From assembly GCA_965368975.1 (NCBI GenBank), contig CBDUPA010000003.1, forward strand, positions 192,001 to 256,000: 64,000 nucleotides of DNA. The letters are read 5' to 3'. Each line of letters starts with the position of its first letter. Position 1 is the stretch's first letter. The DNA is from an uncultured bacterium. Lineage in GTDB: Bacteria > Acidobacteriota > Thermoanaerobaculia > Multivoradales > JAHZIX01. Made by a program: the position numbers and the translations under genes. Of this stretch, positions 13,487 to 21,884 are shown one piece after another. The notes beneath the pieces were generated by a model. The model worked only from the letters and a program-made list of their open reading frames with translations. It was not told where the DNA came from and did not search any database.

Positions 13487-14398
13487 CTAAGTGCCCGGAC
13501 GGTACATCGGCGTGTCTGGCAACTCCGAACTCTGCCAACCCAGGGCCCGCGCCACTTCGCGCAACTTCATCTGCACCAGTCGCATGTTGCGTGGGCCCAT
13601 GCGCAGGAAGCTCTTCTGCGCCGGCGGTAGGCTCTCGAGCTGCGGGTCGAGGAACGAATAGGTCTGCACCTCGGGTCGCAGTTCGACCTCGCCTTCGAGG
13701 ATCGGCGTGCGCAGCAGGCGGCGCACGCTGCGGCGCAGGACGGACTCGAACTCACCTTCCGGATAGCCCAATTGCTGGTAGGCCTCGTCGGCCAGCGGGG
13801 CGAAGCGGCTGTAGAAGGTGACCAGATCGTCAGCGTCGAGACCGGCGACGGTTTCGGCCAGGTGGTCGAAACGGCGGTAGTTCTCGGCTGCCATGTAGAC
13901 CCGGCCTTCACTGCGTTCGACCTGGAAGGCGCTGCGCGGCGCCAGGAAGTTCAGGTGCTGGCGAGGGTTGCGCCCCTCGGCGATGTTGTCCAGCGCGGCG
14001 ACCCAGGTGCGGATGATCTCCGCGGTGCCGAGCAGCGGTCGGACGTCCTGGTCGAGCAAAGTCTCGGCTTGTTCTCGTACAGCATCGTCACTGGCATCGA
14101 GCGGTGGAGGCTCGAACGGTGGGGCGACTGGCTCGACGACGGTCGGAGCCGGTGGTGGGGTGGGCCGCGGATCGGTGGCCGAGTTGGGCCCTGTCGGGTC
14201 GCCGGGAGCCTGGCCGTCGCGGTCGAAGAAGAACAGCGCCGCTGCGATCAAGACGGCGACCACCGCAATGACGATCACCAGCTGGGCGCGGCGGTTGCGG
14301 CCGGGCAGCGGCGGCTGGGTGTTGGGTGGCGGACTCGACGAAGCTGGTGAACCGCCCGCGTCCGGGGTGTTCAGGGGTAGGTCGTTGAGTGAACTCAT
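13487..14398 (-). CDS. DUF3014-like membrane-anchored protein
   Basis: One TM helix, Pro-rich linker, then P.LDASD...NYRRFD...AYQQLGYP...DPQLESL..AQK..LRMGP.N; 4-bp overlap with the upstream tlpA-like gene. Confidence 0.75.
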   Translation of the reverse strand: MSSLNDLPLNTPDAGGSPASSSPPPNTQPPLPGRNRRAQLVIVIAVVAVLIAAALFFFDRDGQAPGDPTGPNSATDPRPTPPPAPTVVEPVAPPFEPPPLDASDDAVREQAETLLDQDVRPLLGTAEIIRTWVAALDNIAEGRNPRQHLNFLAPRSAFQVERSEGRVYMAAENYRRFDHLAETVAGLDADDLVTFYSRFAPLADEAYQQLGYPEGEFESVLRRSVRRLLRTPILEGEVELRPEVQTYSFLDPQLESLPPAQKSFLRMGPRNMRLVQMKLREVARALGWQSSELPDTPMYRPGT

Positions 14399-15804
14399 AC
14401 CGCACCTCCTGTCCGCGTTGCGGCAGCGGTCACAGCGCCGCCATCCGATGGTGGTTCGTCGAGCAAGGCTTCCAGCGTGCCTTCCAGCTCGGTGAGCAGA
14501 CGCGTGTAGTGCTCGCCGGTGCCGGGGCCGGAGAAGCCGCTGTGGATGCGCCGTACCCGACCGTCACGACCGACAAAGATAGTGGTGGGGAAGGCGACGA
14601 CGGCGGTCAGGTCGGGCAGGGTCTCGGCGGCGGCTTGCTTGTCGCTGGTGCCGGCCAGCAGCAACGGATAGTCGAGGTCGTAGCGATCGGCGAAGCGTCG
14701 CACCATCTCACGGTCCCGCTTCGGATCCCCGCGCAGTTCGTACGCCAGCCCGACAATCTCGAAGCCCCGGTCTTGGTATCGCTTGTGCCACGCGGCCAGT
14801 AGTGGCGCCTCATCGTTACAGTTCGGGCACCAGCTGCCGAAAATGTTGACCAGCACGACCTTGCCGTCGAAACGCGGATCGGAGAGTGAGACCGGCTGAT
14901 CGTCGAGGTCGGGGAACGTGAAGTCGAAGCGACCCTCGTCGTTGCGCAGACCGACCAGCTGCCAGGCGTCGGGCAGGTTCGCGGAAGCGGCCGCGTTGTT
15001 CTTGTCGTCACCGTTCGGCGGTTCGAGACGTTGAGCTGTCCAGGTGGCGTGGTAGCTGTCGCGCGACCAGAAGTCGCCCTGCAGGCTACCGTTCGCCTGC
15101 CGCCGTGCTTGAAAGAGGAAAGCGTGGGCACCGTCGAAGGTCGACAGGCGCAGCAGTCCACCGCGGTAGTCGCCTTCGAGGAAGCGGTAGTCGCCGGTGG
15201 GAGTCAGGAAGGTGCCGGTGACTACCGTGCCGTCTTGCTCGAACTCGCCGCGCGCCGGCTCGGTGCCGCTATCGTCGCTGAACTGGACGTGCCAGGTTCC
15301 CGCGATCGGTGTGGACTCGACGTCGTCCGTGGACGCCTCGTCGGCTGCACGGGTGCTGGCCGTCGTCTGTGCGGCTGGGCGGAAACGCTCCGTTGGGGGC
15401 GTGGCCCGCTCGGCAAGGAAGGGCAAGATGGAATTACCCTCGGGCACTGACTTGCGCCAGCGGCCTTCGAGTCGGGTACCTGACGTGTCGGCCGTGGCCT
15501 CGATCTCCGAGTCGTACCAGTCGAAGTGCAGCGTCAAGCGACCACCGTCGCCGGTGACGACACGGCTGGTGGGCACGCGTTCGTTGTCGTTGACCACGAC
15601 GGCTTGCAGGCCACCTTGATCGTCGCGCTCGATCTCGAGCAAGAAGGGCAGCTCGCCGCCGGGCGAGGCGAGGACGGCGCGCCAGACACCAGCGAACTCG
15701 AGGTGCTCGGTAGCGGGGGAGGCACAACCGGTCATCCAGAACGAGGTAAGAAGGAGAAAGCCGCTGATCAGGTCGGCTCGAAGAGACGTAGGCAAAGTCT
15801 TCAT
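14395..15804 (-). CDS. TlpA/ResA-family thiol-disulfide oxidoreductase lipoprotein
   Basis: Lipobox-like MTGC; C-terminal thioredoxin fold with GSWCPNC and the cis-Pro motif AFPTT. Confidence 0.85.
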   Translation of the reverse strand: MKTLPTSLRADLISGFLLLTSFWMTGCASPATEHLEFAGVWRAVLASPGGELPFLLEIERDDQGGLQAVVVNDNERVPTSRVVTGDGGRLTLHFDWYDSEIEATADTSGTRLEGRWRKSVPEGNSILPFLAERATPPTERFRPAAQTTASTRAADEASTDDVESTPIAGTWHVQFSDDSGTEPARGEFEQDGTVVTGTFLTPTGDYRFLEGDYRGGLLRLSTFDGAHAFLFQARRQANGSLQGDFWSRDSYHATWTAQRLEPPNGDDKNNAAASANLPDAWQLVGLRNDEGRFDFTFPDLDDQPVSLSDPRFDGKVVLVNIFGSWCPNCNDEAPLLAAWHKRYQDRGFEIVGLAYELRGDPKRDREMVRRFADRYDLDYPLLLAGTSDKQAAAETLPDLTAVVAFPTTIFVGRDGRVRRIHSGFSGPGTGEHYTRLLTELEGTLEALLDEPPSDGGAVTAAATRTGGAV

Positions 15805-15808
15805 GTCT

Positions 15809-15834
15809 GCATCCTATACGCAGAGTATGACGAA
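15809..15834 (+). promoter_or_regulatory. Putative ECF (SigK-type) autoregulatory promoter GCATCC-N15-ACGAA
   Basis: Close to the mycobacterial SigK consensus as I recall it (CCATCC-N15-CCGAA); lies about 60 bp upstream of a SigK-like sigma gene. Confidence 0.45.
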
Positions 15835-15893
15835 GTGTTGAGTACCTGGCCAGACTGCCCAGAGCACGCGCCGGACCGGCGCCAGAGCCAAGG

Positions 15894-16559
15894 ATGAGAC
15901 TGATGATGAACGCTGAAATTGCTACCAAAACCTCCTTTGCGCCGCCTCGGCAGGACCGTTGTCACGGATCTGCCAAGGTGCTAAGCTTCCCGGTAGTGAC
16001 GACTGCCAAAAAACCCGAACCCCTTCTCCCGAAGATTGCCGCCGGCGATACACAGGCCGTCGACGAGTGTCTGGCCCGCTACAAGGGTTTGGTGTGGTGG
16101 CTGGCTCGCCAGTATGCACCCCTCGAAGCCGAAGACGCCGTGCAAGAGATCTTCATCGAGCTGTGGTCCAACGCGGACCGATACAAGCCGGAGCTGTCTT
16201 CGGAATCCGCCTTCATTTCGATGGTGGCGCGAAGACGGCTGATCGACCGACGGCGCAAGGCCGGGCGACGGCCGACGGAAGAGTCGCTGGAACCTGTGCT
16301 GTGGGACGAGTCGATGAGCACAGATTCGGATACCGTGGAGGCCGGAGCCGAAGTCGCTCTGGCCACGCGGGCCATTCGTCAGTTGCGGCCGCAGGAGCAG
16401 AAAGTCCTGTGGCTCAACCTGCACCAGGGTTTGACCCACACGGAGATCGCGGAGTCGCTGACCATGCCCCTCGGGACGGTCAAGACTTACATCCGCCGTG
16501 GGTTGATCCAGGTGCGCGAAATGCTCGAGCGAGCCAACCTGCAGGAGGCACAGCCATGA
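15894..16559 (+). CDS. ECF RNA polymerase sigma factor (SigK-like); start codon uncertain
   Basis: Region 2 AEDAVQEIFIELW..ARRRLIDRRR; region 4 GLTHTEIAESLTMPLGTVKTYIRRGL. Confidence 0.92.
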   Translation: MRLMMNAEIATKTSFAPPRQDRCHGSAKVLSFPVVTTAKKPEPLLPKIAAGDTQAVDECLARYKGLVWWLARQYAPLEAEDAVQEIFIELWSNADRYKPELSSESAFISMVARRRLIDRRRKAGRRPTEESLEPVLWDESMSTDSDTVEAGAEVALATRAIRQLRPQEQKVLWLNLHQGLTHTEIAESLTMPLGTVKTYIRRGLIQVREMLERANLQEAQP

Positions 16560-17521
16560 GCTGGACTCCCATGCCCCCGATGCCGGCCAACGAGCGCTTC
16601 CAAGAACTTCTGGTCGACCGTGCGACCGAAGGCCTGAGCGGCCAGCAAGAGGAGCAGATGTGCCGTCTGTTGCTGGACAACCCGGAGATCTCGGCTGGCA
16701 TGCTCGAACTGCCCGCCGCTGCGGCGCAGCTGGCGTTTGCCCAGATGCACGCCGCTAGTCGCGACAGCATCAGCGCCGCGCAGCTGCCGGAAGGTGTCGA
16801 GACTGGCCTGGCGAGTGCTGCGGAAGCCTTCAAGGCCACGCTGGCGGCGAGTTCTGGACAGGCGACCGGTGCTTCTGAACCTACAACTGCTGCCAGCAGT
16901 GTCCTGGCATTCGACCGAGGCCAGAGACAGCAGCGAGACCTCGAAAGCCCTGCGCCCTCCCTGGCGCGCAAGGCAGCGGCGGTGCCTGCGCCGACGCCCC
17001 GTGCCGTCAGTTGGAGCGGCTGGGCCGCTGCCGCCGCTGCGGCACTGGTAGCCGCAATCGGCTGGTGGCGTCCGCTGCCCGAGCCGGAAGTTCGCATCGT
17101 AGAGATGCACGTAGAGGTGCCTGCGCGAGGTCCAGAGCTGGCCGACGTTCGTGCCGCCGCGGACCTGATCGAGGTGCCCTGGACGGCGCTCGAAGATCCC
17201 GCGGTCGGAGAAGCGACCGGCGGTGAGGTGCTGTGGAGCAACCAGCTGCAGGCGGGTTTCATGATTTTCGACGGATTGGCTGCCAATGATCCGCAGCAGT
17301 TCCAGTACCAGTTGTGGATCTTTGACAGCAATCAGGATGAAGCCCATCCGATCGACGGCGGCGTCTTCGACGTCAACGCCGACGGTACGGCGACGGTGCC
17401 GATCGATGCCAAGCTCGATGTCACGCAGCCGACGCTTTTCGCCATCACGGTCGAGAAGCCGGGCGGTGTCGTAGTGTCGAGCCGAGAGCGACTGGCGCTG
17501 ATTGCGCCGGTCGCCAGCTGA
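16556..17521 (+). CDS. Anti-sigma factor, RskA family
   Basis: ATG 16556 overlaps the sigma stop (ATGA) with a GGAGG RBS; one TM (AAAAAAALVAAIGWW); C-terminal YQLWI...FAITVEKPGGV. Confidence 0.88.
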   Translation: MSWTPMPPMPANERFQELLVDRATEGLSGQQEEQMCRLLLDNPEISAGMLELPAAAAQLAFAQMHAASRDSISAAQLPEGVETGLASAAEAFKATLAASSGQATGASEPTTAASSVLAFDRGQRQQRDLESPAPSLARKAAAVPAPTPRAVSWSGWAAAAAAALVAAIGWWRPLPEPEVRIVEMHVEVPARGPELADVRAAADLIEVPWTALEDPAVGEATGGEVLWSNQLQAGFMIFDGLAANDPQQFQYQLWIFDSNQDEAHPIDGGVFDVNADGTATVPIDAKLDVTQPTLFAITVEKPGGVVVSSRERLALIAPVAS

Positions 17522-17526
17522 TCCAT

Positions 17527-17581
17527 CCCTCATCGACGAAAGGCCCGATGCGCGCAGCATCGGGCCTTTCGTCGATGAGGG
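17527..17581. terminator. Perfect 25-bp stem hairpin between convergent genes (probable bidirectional terminator)
   Basis: CCCTCATCGACGAAAGGCCCGATGC-gcgca-GCATCGGGCCTTTCGTCGATGAGGG. Confidence 0.75.
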
Positions 17582-17623
17582 GGCTTTAAGGACGCAACGT
17601 CTTCCGTTGCACCGCAGCTTGTC

Positions 17624-19753
17624 TCAGAAGGTGGGCGGTGCTTCCTCTGCCTCCGTAGCTTCCGCCGCTTCTGCAGCTTCAGTGCGCGCCCGTCGCTCCT
17701 CTTCGCGTGCTTCCTGGCGCTGCTGCCGCCGCTGGTCGTGATGTTCTCGCAACTCGTGGCGTTGCTGCTCTCGCTGTTCGCGCAGCTGCTCGTGTTGCTG
17801 CCGCAATTGACGCCGCACCTCTTCCATTTCCTGGCGCTGGTGCTCGAGAGCCTCGCGGCGAGCTTGGTTTCCCTGCCGCAGCGCTTCTCGATGCTGCTCG
17901 CGTGCAGCTTCGATCTGCCGGCGTAGCTGCTCGCGTTGTTCGTCCGTCAGGCGCGCGGCTCGCCCTTGGCGCTCGGCCAACTCGCGAAGTTCCTGGATCT
18001 GTTCGTCCGAGAGCCGCACCTGGGCCGCCATGGCGCGGGCCTGTTCGGTTATGGCGCGCACCTCTTCCTCCGAGAACTGCATCTGGCTCGTCACCTCCGC
18101 GATGTGCGCTTCCAGCTCGGCTCGCTCGGCCTCGCTCAGCTGCGCGCTCTCCTCGGCCAGCCGCCGGGCGTTCGCTTCCAGCGCCTGCAGATCTTCCTCG
18201 GACAGCTGGACCCTGGCGGCCATGGCTTCGGCCTGGGCCTCGATGGCCGCTACCTGCTCTGCCGACAGAGTCGCGTGCTCCGCGATCTCGGCGGCCAACC
18301 GTTCGAGCCGCTGCATCTCCTCGGGAGACAGCTGGGCCTGGAGGGCAACGTCCAAGTCCGGGATGTCCGCGAGCACGGCCTCCAGTGCGCTCAGGTCGAT
18401 GTCGGGTAGCTCAGGCATGTCCGGCAGATCCGGCAGGACGACGACCGGTGCCGGGACGGATGGGCGTGGCAGCCGTGGGGGCGATGGTGGCGCCGGGGTG
18501 CTCGGCCGCGCGGTGCGTGCGGGAGGGGCTGGGGGTGCGGCGGTGGCTGGGGAGGCGTCCGGGGCTGCCGGCGTGTCTGGAGCGTCCGGGGCCGCTGGTG
18601 GTTCCGGGGTGTCGTCGCTGGCGGGAGCTTCGGCGGCGGGCGGTGCAGCAGGAGGCGGCTCGGCGGCGCCAATGGCGATCCGCGGTCCAACGACGGTCAC
18701 GGTGACCAAGGCTGCCAGTGCCATTGGCCGTAGCCAGCGGGAAGGATGCTCTGGAGCCGGCGCGGCGAGCAGACGGCGCACTCGCTGGCCCAGGCCCGAA
18801 CCCGCACCCGCCATGGCGGCGGCAGCCAGCGGCACCGCTTCGCCACCTTCCGCCAGGTGCCACTCGGCGACCTCGGTCAGGCAGCGTGCCAGCGACAACG
18901 GGCGTCCAGTGTTGCGCGCGGCCCATTCGTCGCAGCGGTACTCGGCGATACGCTGCAGGTGGCGGCTGGCGACGCGGTTGAGCGGCTGGAAGAAGAACAG
19001 ACGTTCGAGCACGCGGGTGGTCAGCAGCCAGGCGGGATCCTGGCGTTCGAGGTGAGCGAGCTCATGGGCCAGGATGGTCTCCTGCTGGTCGGCTGGCAAC
19101 TCGCGCACGGCGCGCTCCGGCAGGCAGATCTCGGGCCGCAGCCAGCCTTGCGCCAGCGGCACGGCGACGCGTCGAGACTCGCTGAGGCGTACGCGGCGAC
19201 GTAGCCGGGTCCGCTGGACCAGACGCTGCAGCGCTTGCGTCAGGGGGCCGTTCGCGACATCGCGCGACTGCAGGCCGGTGCGGAAGCGCAGGTACGACAC
19301 GACCAGGCCGGCGGCCAGCAACGTGGCGAGAGCCAGCCAGGTGATCCCGACGGCGCGCAGCGGCGTGCTGGCAGGAAGCGTGGTCAGGAGGGGCGAGAAG
19401 CTGCTGTCCGCGAGGCTGGCTGCCGCCGCGCCGGTAGAAAGTGAGCTGTCCGGCAGCGACGCCGCTGACGGCAAGCTGTTGCCCCGTGTCACGAACGGCG
19501 GTGCTGGCAGAGCCGCCACGGGCTCTGCGGCCATGGAGGCGGCCACCGGCTCGGCCGCCGGTAGCAGGTTCATCGGGGCCAGGCTCAGCTGCAGCGTGGC
19601 AGTGAACAAGCCACCGATCAGGGCGGCCTTCCAGGCGACCTCCTGCGTCGCCAAGCGGCGGTCGCGCAGAGTTGTGGAGAGCAGCCAGGCGGTGGCCAGC
19701 AACAGGGTGCTGTGCAAGGTATAAGTCAAGAGCCAAGACGTGAGAGTCATCAT
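17624..19753 (-). CDS. BlaR1/MecR1-type M56 metallopeptidase with Pro/Ala linker and C-terminal coiled coil
   Basis: TM helices; ILAHELAHLERQD zinc motif; FFFQPL..EYRCD; downstream of a BlaI gene with a 4-bp overlap. Confidence 0.9.
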   Translation of the reverse strand: MMTLTSWLLTYTLHSTLLLATAWLLSTTLRDRRLATQEVAWKAALIGGLFTATLQLSLAPMNLLPAAEPVAASMAAEPVAALPAPPFVTRGNSLPSAASLPDSSLSTGAAAASLADSSFSPLLTTLPASTPLRAVGITWLALATLLAAGLVVSYLRFRTGLQSRDVANGPLTQALQRLVQRTRLRRRVRLSESRRVAVPLAQGWLRPEICLPERAVRELPADQQETILAHELAHLERQDPAWLLTTRVLERLFFFQPLNRVASRHLQRIAEYRCDEWAARNTGRPLSLARCLTEVAEWHLAEGGEAVPLAAAAMAGAGSGLGQRVRRLLAAPAPEHPSRWLRPMALAALVTVTVVGPRIAIGAAEPPPAAPPAAEAPASDDTPEPPAAPDAPDTPAAPDASPATAAPPAPPARTARPSTPAPPSPPRLPRPSVPAPVVVLPDLPDMPELPDIDLSALEAVLADIPDLDVALQAQLSPEEMQRLERLAAEIAEHATLSAEQVAAIEAQAEAMAARVQLSEEDLQALEANARRLAEESAQLSEAERAELEAHIAEVTSQMQFSEEEVRAITEQARAMAAQVRLSDEQIQELRELAERQGRAARLTDEQREQLRRQIEAAREQHREALRQGNQARREALEHQRQEMEEVRRQLRQQHEQLREQREQQRHELREHHDQRRQQRQEAREEERRARTEAAEAAEATEAEEAPPTF

Positions 19754-20124
19754 TGATCCTCCTCCAGGCGCTCGAGCTGAGCGCGCAGGTGCCGCAATTC
19801 TTCGGGGTCGATCTCGTGCTCCGAGAGCAGGTGATTGACCAGCGCTGCTGGGTTGCCCTCGAACAGCTGGTTCATCAGCGTGCCAACCATGGATCGGCAG
19901 ACGGCGTCTTCGCTGACCGTTGGCTGGTACAGGAAGCGCCGGCCTTCGGTGCGGTGGCGAACGACGCCCTTGTCTTCCATTTTCTTGAGCATGGTGGCGA
20001 CAGTCGTGGGGGCGAGTTCACGCGGTAGTGCTGCTTGTACATCGGTCACCGCGGCCTCGCCGTGCTGCCAAAGAACCTGCATGATGTCGAGCTGCAGGTC
20101 GCCCAGGCGGTGTTTTTGTGCCAT
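19750..20124 (-). CDS. BlaI/MecI/CopY-family transcriptional repressor
   Basis: LGDLQLDIMQVLW...LAPTTVATMLKKMEDKGVV...GRRFLYQP. Confidence 0.93.
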   Translation of the reverse strand: MAQKHRLGDLQLDIMQVLWQHGEAAVTDVQAALPRELAPTTVATMLKKMEDKGVVRHRTEGRRFLYQPTVSEDAVCRSMVGTLMNQLFEGNPAALVNHLLSEHEIDPEELRHLRAQLERLEEDQ

Positions 20125-20264
20125 GAGAAGTTCCTTGTCGTGACGAGTGAAAGGAGGACTGCGAGGGAGCGGGCCCGCCGGTCGCTCGGATCTGTGTCTC
20201 TACTACGGACTACGACCTCGGTAGTTTCAGTCTCGAGGGGCGTGCCGCAAGGTCGACGACCCCA

Positions 20265-20292
20265 ATAGTACTACCTAGGTAGTTTTTGTCAA
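20265..20292 (-). promoter_or_regulatory. Sigma70 promoter TTGACA-N16-TACTAT with palindromic BlaI-type operator ACTACCTAGGTAGT (20270-20283) between the boxes
   Basis: Direct reading of the minus strand; the perfect 14-bp palindrome resembles the MecI/BlaI box ACTACA-N2-TGTAGT. Confidence 0.75.
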
Positions 20293-20330
20293 GCAATGAG
20301 GGTCGCCTGAGTTTGCAGCGCCCCTTGATC

Positions 20331-21791
20331 TCAGGCGGGGTCGCGCGCCAGACGAATGCCGGTGAACTGGAAGCGGGTGTCGGCTGGCCAGAAGTTGCGG
20401 TAGCTGACCCGGATGTGGTTGGCGGGCGTGGCGCACGAGCCGCCCCGCAGGACCCGCTGGTTGTCCATGAACTTGCCGTTGTATTCCATCAGCGCACCGT
20501 CGAAGGGACGGTAGCGTGGATACGGCTCGTAGTGGCTGGTGGTCCACTCCCACACATCTCCGAGCGCTTGGTGCATGTTTCTGGTATCCGCCTCCGGCGG
20601 CTGGTGGTTTCTGGCATCCGCCCCCGGCGGTTGGGGGTTTCTGGCATCCGCCTCCGGCGGTTGGGGGGCGCCGGCTGCCGCCGTGACGCCTCGTGGGTGC
20701 AGGTACAGGTCGTCGAGAAAGGTGCCGCTGGCTGGCGGGCTCGACTTCTGGCCATAGAGACGCGCTGCTTTTTCCCATTCGCGCTCGGTGGGAAGGCGCA
20801 CGCCGCGCCAGGTCTCGCCCTGTGCCGACAGCCAGCGAGCGTAGGCGTCGGCTTCGTAGAAACTGATGTGGCACACCGGCTCGTCGAGTTCGAGCGGACG
20901 ATCGCCCTGGAGCGTCCAGCAATGCCATGCGTCCCTGGTTGCACCGCCTTTCTGGTACCAGTAGAGCGGCGCCTGCCAGCCTTCGGCCTGCACGGCGGCC
21001 CAGCCGTTGGACAGCCAGAGCAGCGGGTCACGGTAGCCGCCGTCTTCGAGAAAGGCGAGGTACTCGCGGTTGGTCACCAGCCGGTCGGCGATGTGAACGT
21101 GATCCAAGTAGGCCTTGTGCACCGGCATCTCGTTGTCCCAACACCAGCCGCCCTCGAGGTTGCCGAAGTCGTAGAGCCCGGCGTCGATCGACAGAAAGTC
21201 CGGCCTACCAAGACTGGCCTGTGGACTCGAGACGCTCGAACTCGCGACGTCCGGGGTCGCGGAAGCCGGTATCCGCGCGGCGGCGTACGGCTCACGCAGT
21301 TCGCGCGGGTTGGTGCCGAGGATGTGCTTGAGTTCGGTGACCAGCAGTTCCTGGTGTTGCTGCTCGTGCTCGATGCCGGTGCGTACCAGGAAGGCGAGGC
21401 GGGCGAAGTCGGCTTGCGAAGCCTCCTCGAGCAGGGCTTCGAGCCGTGCGTCGACGCTCTGGCGAAAGTCGTAGATCTCGTCGGTGGTGGGGCGAGTGAC
21501 CAGGCCCCGTTGGTGGCGCGGTAGGCGTTCGCCCAGCGACTCGTAGTAGGAGTTCAACACGTACTCGAGGCGCGCGTCGGCGTCGCTATAGCGGCCGAAG
21601 GGTTCGAGGATGTTCTTGGCGAAGAACCAGGTGGTGTGCCCCAGGTTCCACCACGGTGGGCTGACGTCGGGCATGCTCTGAATGCGGTAGTCTTCAGGCT
21701 TCAACGGTGCGCACAACTCGGTGCTGAGATTGCGGGTGGCGCGCAAGCGGCGCAGCAGTATCTGGCGTTCGATCGAATCTTGTCGGTCCAT
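20331..21791 (-). CDS. egtB: Ergothioneine biosynthesis sulfoxide synthase EgtB (type II-like)
   Basis: DinB-like N-terminus QSMPDVSPPWWNLGHTTWFF, NSYY and EHEQQHQE iron ligands; FGE-sulfatase C-domain RLPTEREWEKA, GDVWEWT, EYNGKFM, VLRGGSCAT, YRNFW. Confidence 0.9.
   Translation of the reverse strand: MDRQDSIERQILLRRLRATRNLSTELCAPLKPEDYRIQSMPDVSPPWWNLGHTTWFFAKNILEPFGRYSDADARLEYVLNSYYESLGERLPRHQRGLVTRPTTDEIYDFRQSVDARLEALLEEASQADFARLAFLVRTGIEHEQQHQELLVTELKHILGTNPRELREPYAAARIPASATPDVASSSVSSPQASLGRPDFLSIDAGLYDFGNLEGGWCWDNEMPVHKAYLDHVHIADRLVTNREYLAFLEDGGYRDPLLWLSNGWAAVQAEGWQAPLYWYQKGGATRDAWHCWTLQGDRPLELDEPVCHISFYEADAYARWLSAQGETWRGVRLPTEREWEKAARLYGQKSSPPASGTFLDDLYLHPRGVTAAAGAPQPPEADARNPQPPGADARNHQPPEADTRNMHQALGDVWEWTTSHYEPYPRYRPFDGALMEYNGKFMDNQRVLRGGSCATPANHIRVSYRNFWPADTRFQFTGIRLARDPA
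20577..20666. repeat. Three tandem 30-bp repeats inside egtB (PQPPEADARN-like units)
   Basis: gtttctgg(t/c)atccgcc(t/c)ccggcgg(c/t)tgg(t/g)g x3. Confidence 0.9.
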
Positions 21792-21884
21792 CCGAGAATC
21801 GTATCAAGAGCCGCGACGAGAGTTGCGAGCGGAGCGGTGGGCCGAGCGCGAAAGATGACCACGAGAGAGGATTAGGAGGACGCC

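Noticed and set aside
15959-16555. N-terminal extensions in the ORF track (anti-sigma 15959, gmk 30295, UDG 32578, thrC 37401, PEGA 38242, halogenase 56616)
   Set aside because: They overlap upstream genes, and internal starts with an RBS or stop/start coupling fit better.
20331-21791. Selenoneine synthase SenA or ovothiol synthase OvoA
   Set aside because: No senB or selD-like genes are adjacent and there is no C-terminal methyltransferase domain.
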